Positions 1 through 8,105 of a stretch of DNA of 64,000 nucleotides are shown here, in pieces. Under the pieces are notes generated by a model. The model did not search any database, was not told where the DNA came from, and was given only the letters and a program-made list of their open reading frames with translations. Where the stretch lies: positions 9,901 through 73,900 of the forward strand of contig WAQK01000025.1 of NCBI GenBank assembly GCA_015520265.1. The letters run 5' to 3'. How positions within the stretch are numbered: the stretch's first letter is position 1; every line of letters begins with the position of its first letter. The translations under genes were made by a program, and so were the position numbers. This DNA is from Pyrodictiaceae archaeon. Lineage in GTDB: Archaea; Thermoproteota; Thermoprotei_A; Sulfolobales; WAQK01.

Positions 1-1717
1 GTTTCAGTGTCTCGGCGTCATCTATCCTGTAGGCGTAGTTTAGGTTTACAAGCCTGAATAGGCCGCGGCTGACCTCTATCTGGGTGGAGAAGCGGAGGCG
101 GGAGAGGTGGCCTACTCGTGCCAGTAGTGTCTGGAGCTTCCTGGACGTTGCGGCTAGCCTTCCTCTGAAGGAGGCGGCTTTCCGGCCGTCCAGGTACACG
201 GTTACTTTGGCCTCCAGGTCCTGTGAGGGGTTGAGGTCCTCGGCGAACCTCTCGTAGAGGGCTGGTATCGCCGTCTTGGAGGCGTAGATCCTGCCGATCC
301 CCGTGTAGATGTAGACGGCGAACCCCCTTTCGAGGAGCCACCCCACTGCTTCACGCGCCCTGTCCAGGGGCATCTCGAGGCCCCGTGCCAGGACGTCTAT
401 GGGCATGGGGTTTTCGAGGGCTTCGAGGACTCGGCGCCTCCTGCTGAGGCTCCACACATAGTCAACTACGCCTGGATCGATGTTGACGTGGACCCCGGCT
501 CTCCTCGCCTCCAGGAGGCCGTCCACCAGACTGTCAACATCGACTGTGTCGGGGGTTGTTATGAAGACCACCCAGCGGTGCCTGAACCTGGCGCCCTCGC
601 TGGCCCTGAGCACCCTGCCTAGCCGCTGGATGAACCGCAGGGGGCTAGCCGTGTTGCTCCACACCACCATCAAGTCGGCCTCGGGAAGGTCTATGCCCTC
701 CTCCCCGGCGCTGGTGGATACTACGACTCTGGTGTTCCGCATTCTTGCCTTCTCCAGCGCGGCAGCGGGGTCTATGCGGCGCCGCCCTAGTATGAGGGCG
801 GTGCCCCAGCCTCTTAGCGCCTTGTGGAGGTAGGTTGCCACGGCTACGCGTTCCACGAAGACCAGGGCTTTGGCGAAGCCCTCATGGTCCCTTAGCACCC
901 TTAGAAGGGCGTCGAGCTTATGGGCCAGCCTGACATCGGGGCTGTAGAGGAGGCTGGAGACGGTGTCTGGGAGGACCTGTTTCAGCCTCTCGCCTGACTC
1001 GAGGCTCTCCCTCAGGGCCAGCGCGCCGTCTCTGACAAGCCACCTTATGGCGTTGCCCAGGAGGGCTCTCTCGTGGCCGGCCACCTTCTCCCAGGCCTTC
1101 TCCAGCTCCTCGTAGAGCCTCGTCTCCGAGGGGTTTAGGGGTGCCTCGTAGATCTCCGCCTCCCACGCCGGTATGTAGCGCCTAAGCCTAGGGTCCTCCC
1201 AGCCCCAGCTCCTTATCTCGCCTATCAGCTCCTCTATCTCCCCCCTCCTGCTGGGGGGTATGTAGGCTGAGAGGCCCAGCCGCCGCCTGAAGTGGTGGCC
1301 CTCCATTACACGGCGGTACGCGTCCTGCCCCGTGGTGTGATGGCACTCGTCCACAACTACCGCGTCGAAGCCCTGGGCCGTGAATCTTGCCCACTCGGCC
1401 ACCACGATCTCGGGCGTGGCCACCACTACCCGGCTACGCCACGCCCTCTCCCTGGCCAGCCGCGGGAGGCTGCCGTGTAGGGGCGCCGCATCTATGCCCT
1501 GGCTGCGGAGAAACCCGGCGTTCTGCTCCACGAGGAACCTGGTGGGCTCTAGGACCAGGACTCGCCGAGCCTCGCCCCTGCGGAGTAGCTCCCTTATCCA
1601 GAGGGCGGCTACCAGCGTCTTCCCCGTCCCGGTGGGCATGCAGACCACTGCGCCGCGCCGGGACAGGGCCCAGGCCGCCGCCTCAGACTGGTAGCCGCGG
1701 GGCTTCAGCCTCCTCAT
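1..1717 (-). CDS. SF2 DEAD/DEAH-box helicase (3' end runs off the window; absent from the ORF track because no stop lies inside the window)
   Basis: Hand translation of the minus frame from ATG at 1717-1715 stays open to position 1. MRRLKPRGYQSEAAAW..CMPTGTGKT (Walker A), VVVDECHH (motif II), STSAGEEGIDLP and QRLGRVLR (motifs V/VI). The ATG overlaps the upstream stop (ATGA). Confidence 0.85.
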   Translation of the reverse strand, partial: MRRLKPRGYQSEAAAWALSRRGAVVCMPTGTGKTLVAALWIRELLRRGEARRVLVLEPTRFLVEQNAGFLRSQGIDAAPLHGSLPRLARERAWRSRVVVATPEIVVAEWARFTAQGFDAVVVDECHHTTGQDAYRRVMEGHHFRRRLGLSAYIPPSRRGEIEELIGEIRSWGWEDPRLRRYIPAWEAEIYEAPLNPSETRLYEELEKAWEKVAGHERALLGNAIRWLVRDGALALRESLESGERLKQVLPDTVSSLLYSPDVRLAHKLDALLRVLRDHEGFAKALVFVERVAVATYLHKALRGWGTALILGRRRIDPAAALEKARMRNTRVVVSTSAGEEGIDLPEADLMVVWSNTASPLRFIQRLGRVLRASEGARFRHRWVVFITTPDTVDVDSLVDGLLEARRAGVHVNIDPGVVDYVWSLSRRRRVLEALENPMPIDVLARGLEMPLDRAREAVGWLLERGFAVYIYTGIGRIYASKTAIPALYERFAEDLNPSQDLEAKVTVYLDGRKAASFRGRLAATSRKLQTLLARVGHLSRLRFSTQIEVSRGLFRLVNLNYAYRIDDAETLK

Positions 1718-2607
1718 AGGTGCTTCACTGCCTCCTTCATGACCTCGGCGTAGAGCGCCACCGTGTCCCTGTATTTGGTCTCGGGGACGCCGGTGTAGAT
1801 CAGGTGCATCCTTAGGGGTAGCTCCTTCTCCCTGACCTCCCTCACCATGAACCTGGCCAAGGCCCTGGCCAGGGGGCCTAGCTCAGGGTAGCCCTTGCCC
1901 AGCGGCACCCTCTTCTTCAGTATCCTCCTGCCCAGCACGAAGCCGACCACCTGGCTGAACCTCAGGGAGAGGAACCCGTGGCTCAGCTCCAGGGTGCGCT
2001 CCAGTATCCTGGTCCAGAAGGCCTCGTCGGCCATCCTGTCGGCCTCCTCGAAGTTGCCGGTCTCGGCTGCGCCGGTCTCCAGCATCCAGGCGTTCTCCAG
2101 CTGGACTGAGACTATCAGCTTCTCGGGACCCACCATCTCCCTGAGGGCCTTGACCTCCTCCCACACGCCCAACATCCTCTGTGTGTATGGGACCTCCACA
2201 CTGATCAGCATCTGCTCGCCAGCTTCCTGGGCCAGCTTCTTGAGCACATCGCCAGCCGCCTCGAGGTCCCTCTCGTCCATGTAAGCCCTGTAGCCGAGGT
2301 GTAGGTTGAAGACCTCGGCGCCCGCCAGCTTGGCCTTCCTAGCGGCGTCGAGGAGGGCCTTGGTGGTGGCTTCCTGGACCTCGCGGCTCCTGGAGACCAC
2401 GTTGTAGTAGGGGGCGTGGGCTGTCACCGTGGTGAACACGTCGAGGGTCTTCTCCCGGTACTGCTGGAAGTATTCTTCTGTCCTGGTCCTCCTGGAGAAG
2501 TCGCGGGGCGGTACCTCTGTCAGCTTCATGCCCAGCGTCGCCGCTATGCCTAGCTTGGTTAGGCCGTTGTATGTTCCCCAGTCGAACAGGATCACGGCTA
2601 CCACCAT
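1714..2607 (-). CDS. Xylose-isomerase-like TIM-barrel protein, AP-endonuclease-2 (Endo IV)-like
   Basis: 297-aa ORF. TAHAPYYNVVS...LAGAEVFNLHLG pattern resembles the Endo IV / sugar-phosphate isomerase TIM-barrel family. Stop overlaps the helicase start. Confidence 0.6.
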   Translation of the reverse strand: MVVAVILFDWGTYNGLTKLGIAATLGMKLTEVPPRDFSRRTRTEEYFQQYREKTLDVFTTVTAHAPYYNVVSRSREVQEATTKALLDAARKAKLAGAEVFNLHLGYRAYMDERDLEAAGDVLKKLAQEAGEQMLISVEVPYTQRMLGVWEEVKALREMVGPEKLIVSVQLENAWMLETGAAETGNFEEADRMADEAFWTRILERTLELSHGFLSLRFSQVVGFVLGRRILKKRVPLGKGYPELGPLARALARFMVREVREKELPLRMHLIYTGVPETKYRDTVALYAEVMKEAVKHL

Positions 2608-2675
2608 GTAGAATTAATGTAACCGGGATCTTCAATATATCTGGCCCTGTCGGGGTTGGAGCCGTGTCGGAGGGG

Positions 2676-3002
2676 ATGGTGTGCTTCGAGGGCGAGACTT
2701 GGTTCGCGGGTGTAGAGGACCTCTACAGGCTGGTCTCCCGGGGCCTGGCGGAGGCTGGCTGTGTGGAGGAGTTCTCCGAGGAACTGGCAGGTTGGCTCAG
2801 GGCTGCGTACTCCTGTAGTGGCGCCAGGGTCCTCGTTGTGCTTGAGAGGCTGGCTGGCCGTCTAAAGGGCGTCGGGGGGTTCGCCCATCCCGCCATGGAC
2901 CGGCTGGGCCCCGTGAGGATCAGCGTGGTCGCAGAGGGGGAGGGTGCGGAGAGTGTGTGCCGTGTCGTCTACATATACCTGGCCTCCAGGGGCGGGGGCT
3001 AG
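2676..3002 (+). CDS. Hypothetical protein (start moved to internal ATG to avoid overlap with the divergent gene)
   Basis: ORF 2571..3002. Internal Met at 2676 (MVCFEGETWFAG...). No recognisable motif. Confidence 0.35.
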   Translation: MVCFEGETWFAGVEDLYRLVSRGLAEAGCVEEFSEELAGWLRAAYSCSGARVLVVLERLAGRLKGVGGFAHPAMDRLGPVRISVVAEGEGAESVCRVVYIYLASRGGG

Positions 3003-3196
3003 TCAAGCTTATTGGCCCGGCCTGGTTACCAGTCACTTCTTGGAGGCGGCCGGCCTGCCCGCTCCACCCCCGACGCCGCCGTTGGGCGGAGGGGTGAGGT
3101 GGGTGGTTCTGCCGTCCGCTACATCCCTCAAGCCTTGCCGGGGAACCCTAATTAGCCCCGGCTGGTCTTCTCCTGGTCTAGGCAGGGTGCCCCGCT

Positions 3197-4012
3197 GTGG
3201 AGCTGGCTTCGTGGAGGACGCTGGCGCTGGTGGTGAAGAAGGCCGACGTGGTTCTGGAGGTACTTGACGCTAGGGAGCCGGGGTGGACGAGGTCGAGGAG
3301 GCTTGAACGGATGGTGGAGGCCCTGGGCAAGAGGCTTGTCCTGGTGATCAATAAGGCCGACCTCATACCTAGGAGGGTTGCGGAGAAGTGGAAGAGGATC
3401 TTCGAGAACGAGGGCTACCCCACGGTGTACATGGCTGCTAGGCACCACATGGGTACCCGGGTGCTGAGGAGGACCATTCTGAGGCTGGCTGAGTCCACCC
3501 CCGTGGTGGTGGCCGTGGCGGGGTACCCTAAGACGGGCAAGTCCAGCATAATCAACGCGTTGAAGGGGAAGCACAGCGCCTCCACCAGCCCAGTGCCGGG
3601 GAGCCCCGGCTATACTAGGCACGTGCAGCTGTACAGGGTTGACGACAAGATATACATCCTAGACACGCCGGGCGTCATACCGGTTGAGGGCGGCCTCTTC
3701 GAGAGGGTGGTGAGGGGGAGGAGCCCGGAGGAGTTCGATGATCCTGTTCCCGCGGCCGCCGTGCTCATCGAGCACGTGTTGAAACACAATCCGCTCGCCT
3801 TCCTCGAGGCCTACGGGACCAGGGAGAGGGACCCCTACAGGATACTGGAGCATATTGCCCTCCACCGGGGGTGGAGGTACAAGTCGACGAGGGAGCCGCT
3901 CATAGAGGAGGCTGCCCGCACAGTGCTGAGGGACTACCATCGGGCCAAGATCAAATACTATGTGCCTCCGGAGGAGTACCTGCTCCAGGGGCGGGGGCGG
4001 AGGCTGGCCTAG
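3197..4012 (+). CDS. Circularly permuted GTPase (YlqF/RbgA/MJ1464-type ribosome-biogenesis GTPase)
   Basis: G4 NKADL precedes G1 GYPKTGKSSIIN and G3 DTPG. This permuted motif order is typical of the family. Confidence 0.85.
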   Translation: MELASWRTLALVVKKADVVLEVLDAREPGWTRSRRLERMVEALGKRLVLVINKADLIPRRVAEKWKRIFENEGYPTVYMAARHHMGTRVLRRTILRLAESTPVVVAVAGYPKTGKSSIINALKGKHSASTSPVPGSPGYTRHVQLYRVDDKIYILDTPGVIPVEGGLFERVVRGRSPEEFDDPVPAAAVLIEHVLKHNPLAFLEAYGTRERDPYRILEHIALHRGWRYKSTREPLIEEAARTVLRDYHRAKIKYYVPPEEYLLQGRGRRLA

Positions 4013-4060
4013 CACCCCGAAACGCGGTGTTTTCCATTTTTAGCAACAAAATAGAAATAA

Positions 4061-4678
4061 ATGCCGCACCCGGCCCTACATTCATGGTGGGACGCGACGC
4101 TGAGGCACACTGTGGAGAGGGAGCTTAACGCCACCTTCGAGCAGTGCCTCGAGTGTCTGTTGAGGCCCGACAGGTTCCTGGGGGAGAGCAGGTACACGTA
4201 TAGGGCTTCGAGGCTTGACGGGGTCTACGAGATCGTTTTCAAGTGGGTGAAGTGGGGTATAACAAGGTTCTACAGGGTCAGGCTCCGCGTGGTCCAGGAG
4301 GGCCCCGTGGTGAGGTACGTCAGCACCCCGGACTCCGACTACGAGTTCTACATGGAGTTCCACCTCAGGCCCGGCGGCGATGGGAGGACCCGCGTGTGGG
4401 TGGAGGCCAGGATGAAGGCCGGGCTGATGGCCGACCTGCTGGGCAGGAAGGACTATGCCAGGTTCGTGGAGGAGCTGGTGGACCGCGGCCTGGGGGCTAT
4501 GCTTTCAGCTGTGGCGGAGGAGAGGAGGAGCGTCGGGGCGGGGCAGGCCAGGCCCAGGTGTGAGGATTGCCTCCTCTACGAGTTCTCCAACAAGTACTGC
4601 TATTACCTGAAGGGCCCTATCGCGAACCCGGAGGATCCACCCTGCGGCGGAAGGGGCTTCATAGAGCACAGGCTCTAA
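4061..4678 (+). CDS. Hypothetical protein with Cys-rich C-terminus
   Basis: 205-aa ORF with protein-like composition. C-terminal CEDC...C...C. No firm family assignment. Confidence 0.5.
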   Translation: MPHPALHSWWDATLRHTVERELNATFEQCLECLLRPDRFLGESRYTYRASRLDGVYEIVFKWVKWGITRFYRVRLRVVQEGPVVRYVSTPDSDYEFYMEFHLRPGGDGRTRVWVEARMKAGLMADLLGRKDYARFVEELVDRGLGAMLSAVAEERRSVGAGQARPRCEDCLLYEFSNKYCYYLKGPIANPEDPPCGGRGFIEHRL

Positions 4679-4734
4679 GCCCCGCGACGCCGAGGAACGG
4701 TATAAGCCCCTCCCCCACAACTATTCTAGCAGGG

Positions 4735-5055
4735 GTGTCATCAGGCTTGGAGCTGCCCGACTACAGCGACTACCTCCCCGAGGACGCGCTACGCGAGGTC
4801 AGGGAGGCAGAGGAGAAGCCCCGAAGGCGGAGGAAGAGGAGGAACTACCCCACGTCGAGGGACATAGTAGAGGCTGTGGTGGAGGCGGCGAGGAGCGGGC
4901 CCCGCGACCCCCACGAGTTCCCCGACCTGGTCCTCAGGATACTGGAAGGGAAGGGGTTCGACACCAGCTACGTCACGGTTAAGAGGATATGGAGGACCTA
5001 TGAGGCCTTGGTGAGGCGGGGAGTGATCAGCGATGTTCTCGGGGTGGTTCTTTAG
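4735..5055 (+). CDS. Small hypothetical basic protein
   Basis: In-frame GTG at 4735 after the upstream stop. TATAAG at 4701 lies ~30 nt upstream. KPRRRRKRRNYP basic patch. Confidence 0.45.
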   Translation: MSSGLELPDYSDYLPEDALREVREAEEKPRRRRKRRNYPTSRDIVEAVVEAARSGPRDPHEFPDLVLRILEGKGFDTSYVTVKRIWRTYEALVRRGVISDVLGVVL

Positions 5056-5078
5056 GGGCCCAGCTTGACGAGGTCCGC

Positions 5079-6087
5079 CTAGCCCGTAAGGGCCGCCAGG
5101 AGGAACTCCTCGTAGTCGTCGACCTCGACGCACAATTCCCTCAGCAAGGGCCACATAACCGTGGACCAGTACTTCTCCAGCAGCCCATCCCTAACTCCGC
5201 GGTCCAGGGGATCGCTCAGGTTGAGATCCGGCACCCATAGGAGCAGGCTGGACTCATAGTCGGCGACGTTCGTGGATAGGGGAGGCTTAACGGGCCCCAA
5301 CGTCACGTTGGGCCGGGTTATACATCTCGAACCTCCTGCCCGACGCCAGGAGCCTGGCCCCAACCTCCTTCACAACATACCTCAGATAGGGATAGTATAG
5401 CTGGTCTCGGTACCACTCCCACACGCTCCTGTCGTAGGTTGTTATGAAGATGTACGTGTAGTTGAAGATGTTATCCGGTGTGGCCTGCCAGGCGGCCACT
5501 GGCAGATCTGCGGAACAGCACCCACAATAACCATTTTCACAGGATCCACGTATATCAAACCATTAAAGTAGAATGGAAAGGGACAGTATTCACCCACAGG
5601 GTACGAAACTATAGACCCAACATATATTGACACGCTTCCGCGGACTGGGTCATAATAGGCTACCGAGCAGTTAGGCTCCGGTAACCCACGAGCACTGGCA
5701 GCCTCCTTGAAGGAATTACAGTTAAAAACCAGGCTCTCGAGAACACCGTGAAATCACGATTTATGTATTCGCATGACATAGCTGGCTGGTATGTTGCTAT
5801 TATTGGTTACACCTTTGTCCATGTGTAGTTCTAGGTGGTCGATGCCATAGCGGTAGTCTATCAGTATAGTGTATCTGGAGCCGCTGAGCCTTCCACTCCA
5901 ATGGGTCTCCAGGAGCCTAGTCTAGGATCAGGGGAGCCTCTGATAGTTTTATGTAGCCTGGGTTTGTGGGTATCGTGGGGCTGTGTTTGGTCTTCTGGTA
6001 TGCCTGGTACAGGACTATTATTGTCGCCGAGGCTGCGAGGCCTATGAGTATCCAGGCGATTAGGAGGGACCTTCTCCTTTTTGGCAT
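5079..6087 (-). pseudogene. Disrupted gene for a signal-anchored/secreted protein (at least 3 frameshifts plus 1 in-frame TGA)
   Basis: Four consecutive minus-strand ORF pieces read as one protein when joined. MPKRRRSLLIAWILIGLAASATIIVL.. (6087-5917); LLETHWSG..IHKS-TGA(5756-5754)-FHGVLES..VSIYVGS..(to 5442); LPVAAWQATPDNIF..(5499-5287); ITRPNVTLGPVKPP..LAALTG (5363-5079). Confidence 0.6.
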
Positions 6088-6349
6088 CACAAGCAGTCCC
6101 TGGAGACGCGTTTGGATGTGGCGAATTATATTTTTCCCTAATACCGGAAAACTATAGTACTTTGACGATGATACAGATATATGTACAATGATGTGCTGAT
6201 CTAAATTATATTTCTTCATCCCATTCGGTATTACCTTTGGTATTACAACAGGTCACGGACAATGATCCTTCGGTCCGACAACCCTAGATCTCCCAAAGCT
6301 AAAATGCCCTTCCAGGGTTAATGGGATATTACGTTCCAGCTGTTCCTCT

Positions 6350-6615
6350 ATGGTTAGTTTTTTGGTTTACTGGTTTGGTTGTTGTTTGTATATTACGTGA
6401 TGGTGGTTGGAGCGGTGTTTTTGGGTTGTGGGTGCTAGGTCTTGTGGTGGTTTTGTGGGGGTTGTGGGTGGGGGTGGTATTATGTTTGTTGTTTTGTTTA
6501 CTTGTTTTTGGTGTTGTTGGTTTGTGTGATTACTGTTTGTTGTTTGTCTTGGTGTTTGTTTTGCTTGGGTGGGTGGTTTGGTGGTGGGTTTGTTTGTCTG
6601 GGTTTGATGGTGTAG
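6350..6615. repeat. Extreme strand-asymmetric G+T-rich low-complexity tract (C+A-rich on the minus strand)
   Basis: Hand count of 6361-6600: 12 A + 10 C in 240 nt, so about 91% G+T. Degenerate GTT/GGT triplets. G-runs include GGGGGTTGTGGGTGGGGGTGG at 6457-6477. Confidence 0.9.
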
Positions 6616-6661
6616 TTAACTGGCGGTTAACTCTACCAGTGGTTAACATTACAGGTTAAAC
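6615..6661. repeat. Cluster of GTTAAC palindromes (3 exact plus 1 GTTAAAC variant)
   Basis: GTTAAC at 6615, 6626 and 6642; GTTAAAC at 6655. Spacing is 11-16 bp. Each is preceded by G/T-G (GGTTAAC). Confidence 0.7.
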
Positions 6662-6860
6662 CTAACTGTTTCAGGTCTCACCTGTGAGCTAATTCCGGGT
6701 TGATTTACTGTTCCCGTCGTGCCGGAGCGGTCTTTGCGCCTCGTTACTGGTTCGATTACCGGTGTTTGTTTTTAGCAACATATTTTCCGGTTGTGCCGCT
6801 GGGGTTGTCTGCACGATTCCGGAGGGAAAAAGATGGTGAAGCGTAGGTTAGAGCTACATC

Positions 6861-8105
6861 CTAGTGGCTGGCACCCTTGTAGTGTGTCATGATGGCCCTG
6901 ATGGCTGGTTTGGCGAGGATGGCGTAGATGAGGAAGCCTATGGCGTGGATCCCGATGGTCACCACTATCTCTACAGGGGTTGGCGTGTAGGGCCTTATCT
7001 GGCCCAGGCTGTCTGGGATGTAGCTGGGCAGCACTATGGTGAGGGTCTTCTCGCCGATCACTGCTATGACCGTGAGCAGCGCTATGAAGGCCACGCCGCC
7101 ACGCGTGCTCCTCACGCTGGGTATCAGAGCCAGGATCACCGCCGCAACACCCAGGGCTATCCAGAGCCAGAAGAGCAGCGAGAGCCAGGCAGCGGCCCTG
7201 CCCAGCAGCAGCACCTCGAGCTGGGCCTTCTTGAAGGGCTCCGTTGTGTACCAGAGCAGCTCCTGCACCTCGCTGAAGGTGAAGTAGAGCCCCACTATCA
7301 GGGCGCCCGTGGTGACGAAGATGGTCTTCCTATACACGTCCCAGTCAACCCTGAACCCCTTCACACTCCTCTCAGCCAGCAGTAGGACGAGGAGCAGCAG
7401 TGCGGGCCCGCTGGCGAAGGCCGTCGCGACGTAGCGGGGCGCCAGCAGCGCGGTGTTCCAGTAGGGCCTAGCGGTGAGGGCCTGGGAGATGAACGCCGTG
7501 ACAGTGTGGATCCCTATGGCTATGGGTGCCGCCACTATAACGAATGGGACCAGGAACCTGGCCGACAGAGACCTGTCCTCCCTATACCTCCCCACAGTGT
7601 ACAGATAGCCCACAAGGTTGATCACCAGGTAGCCAGTGATAACCACGAAGTCCCAGCCCAGCATCGAGCGGGGAAAGTTGGGGAGTAGCGGCATCAGCAC
7701 CATCGCCCTGAGGGGCCTACCCATATCCGCGATGATGAGCAGCAGCACCACTATGAGCGCCGCCACCGCCTGCACCTCCCCCAGCACAGCTATCTTCCTG
7801 AACCCCGGATGGTTGAACACGTAGGCACCCAGCGCGAACATTATGCCAGCAGCAGCAACTCCGACCCAGAACACGAAGAACGATATGTAGAGGCCCCAGG
7901 GAACGCTGTCGCTCATCCCGGTCAGCACCAGGCCGCCCTGCTCGGACCTTAGGAATATGGGAGCGTGCTGCACGCCCACCCACACGTAGACCCCGTAGAC
8001 AGCCATCACCAGGAGGCCTAGGAGCAGGCCATAGTAGGCCCTCCCCCCTCTAAGGCCCTCCCTGACCACGTACTTGACCGTCTCCACTACCTCGCCCACA
8101 CTCAC
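6861..8105 (-). CDS. NrfD/PsrC-family integral membrane quinone-interacting subunit
   Basis: 414-aa polytopic membrane protein. ATGA overlap with the upstream FeS gene. Gene context is cytochrome c - FeS - NrfD. Confidence 0.8.
   Translation of the reverse strand: MSVGEVVETVKYVVREGLRGGRAYYGLLLGLLVMAVYGVYVWVGVQHAPIFLRSEQGGLVLTGMSDSVPWGLYISFFVFWVGVAAAGIMFALGAYVFNHPGFRKIAVLGEVQAVAALIVVLLLIIADMGRPLRAMVLMPLLPNFPRSMLGWDFVVITGYLVINLVGYLYTVGRYREDRSLSARFLVPFVIVAAPIAIGIHTVTAFISQALTARPYWNTALLAPRYVATAFASGPALLLLVLLLAERSVKGFRVDWDVYRKTIFVTTGALIVGLYFTFSEVQELLWYTTEPFKKAQLEVLLLGRAAAWLSLLFWLWIALGVAAVILALIPSVRSTRGGVAFIALLTVIAVIGEKTLTIVLPSYIPDSLGQIRPYTPTPVEIVVTIGIHAIGFLIYAILAKPAIRAIMTHYKGASH

Noticed and set aside
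3040-3126. A GC-rich imperfect long hairpin (core CCGCC-GTTG-GGCGG at 3076-3089) followed by ACA at 3121. It lies in the 194-bp gap before the GTPase gene and is a possible H/ACA-type sRNA.
   Set aside because: I could not build a convincing pseudouridylation pocket, K-turn or lower stem by eye, and ACA triplets are common. It is left as an unexplained GC-rich gap. A covariance-model scan would settle it.
4035-4046. The 12-mer TTTTTAGCAACA occurs both at about 4035 and about 6770 in intergenic DNA, so it could be a shared regulatory motif.
   Set aside because: Chance recurrence of a 12-mer in 64 kb (both strands) is expected many times over, and there is no further similarity around the two copies.
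5754-5756. The in-frame TGA in the decayed gene could be a selenocysteine or read-through codon.
   Set aside because: The same gene also carries at least three frameshifts. No SECIS-like context was recognisable. Simple decay is more parsimonious.
6321-6659. 112-aa ORF made almost only of V/L/G/W/F/C (it looks like an ultra-hydrophobic membrane peptide).
   Set aside because: The ORF is open because a 91% G+T sequence can hardly form stop codons. The residue set is exactly what G/T-only codons encode. This is a compositional artefact, not evidence of a gene.
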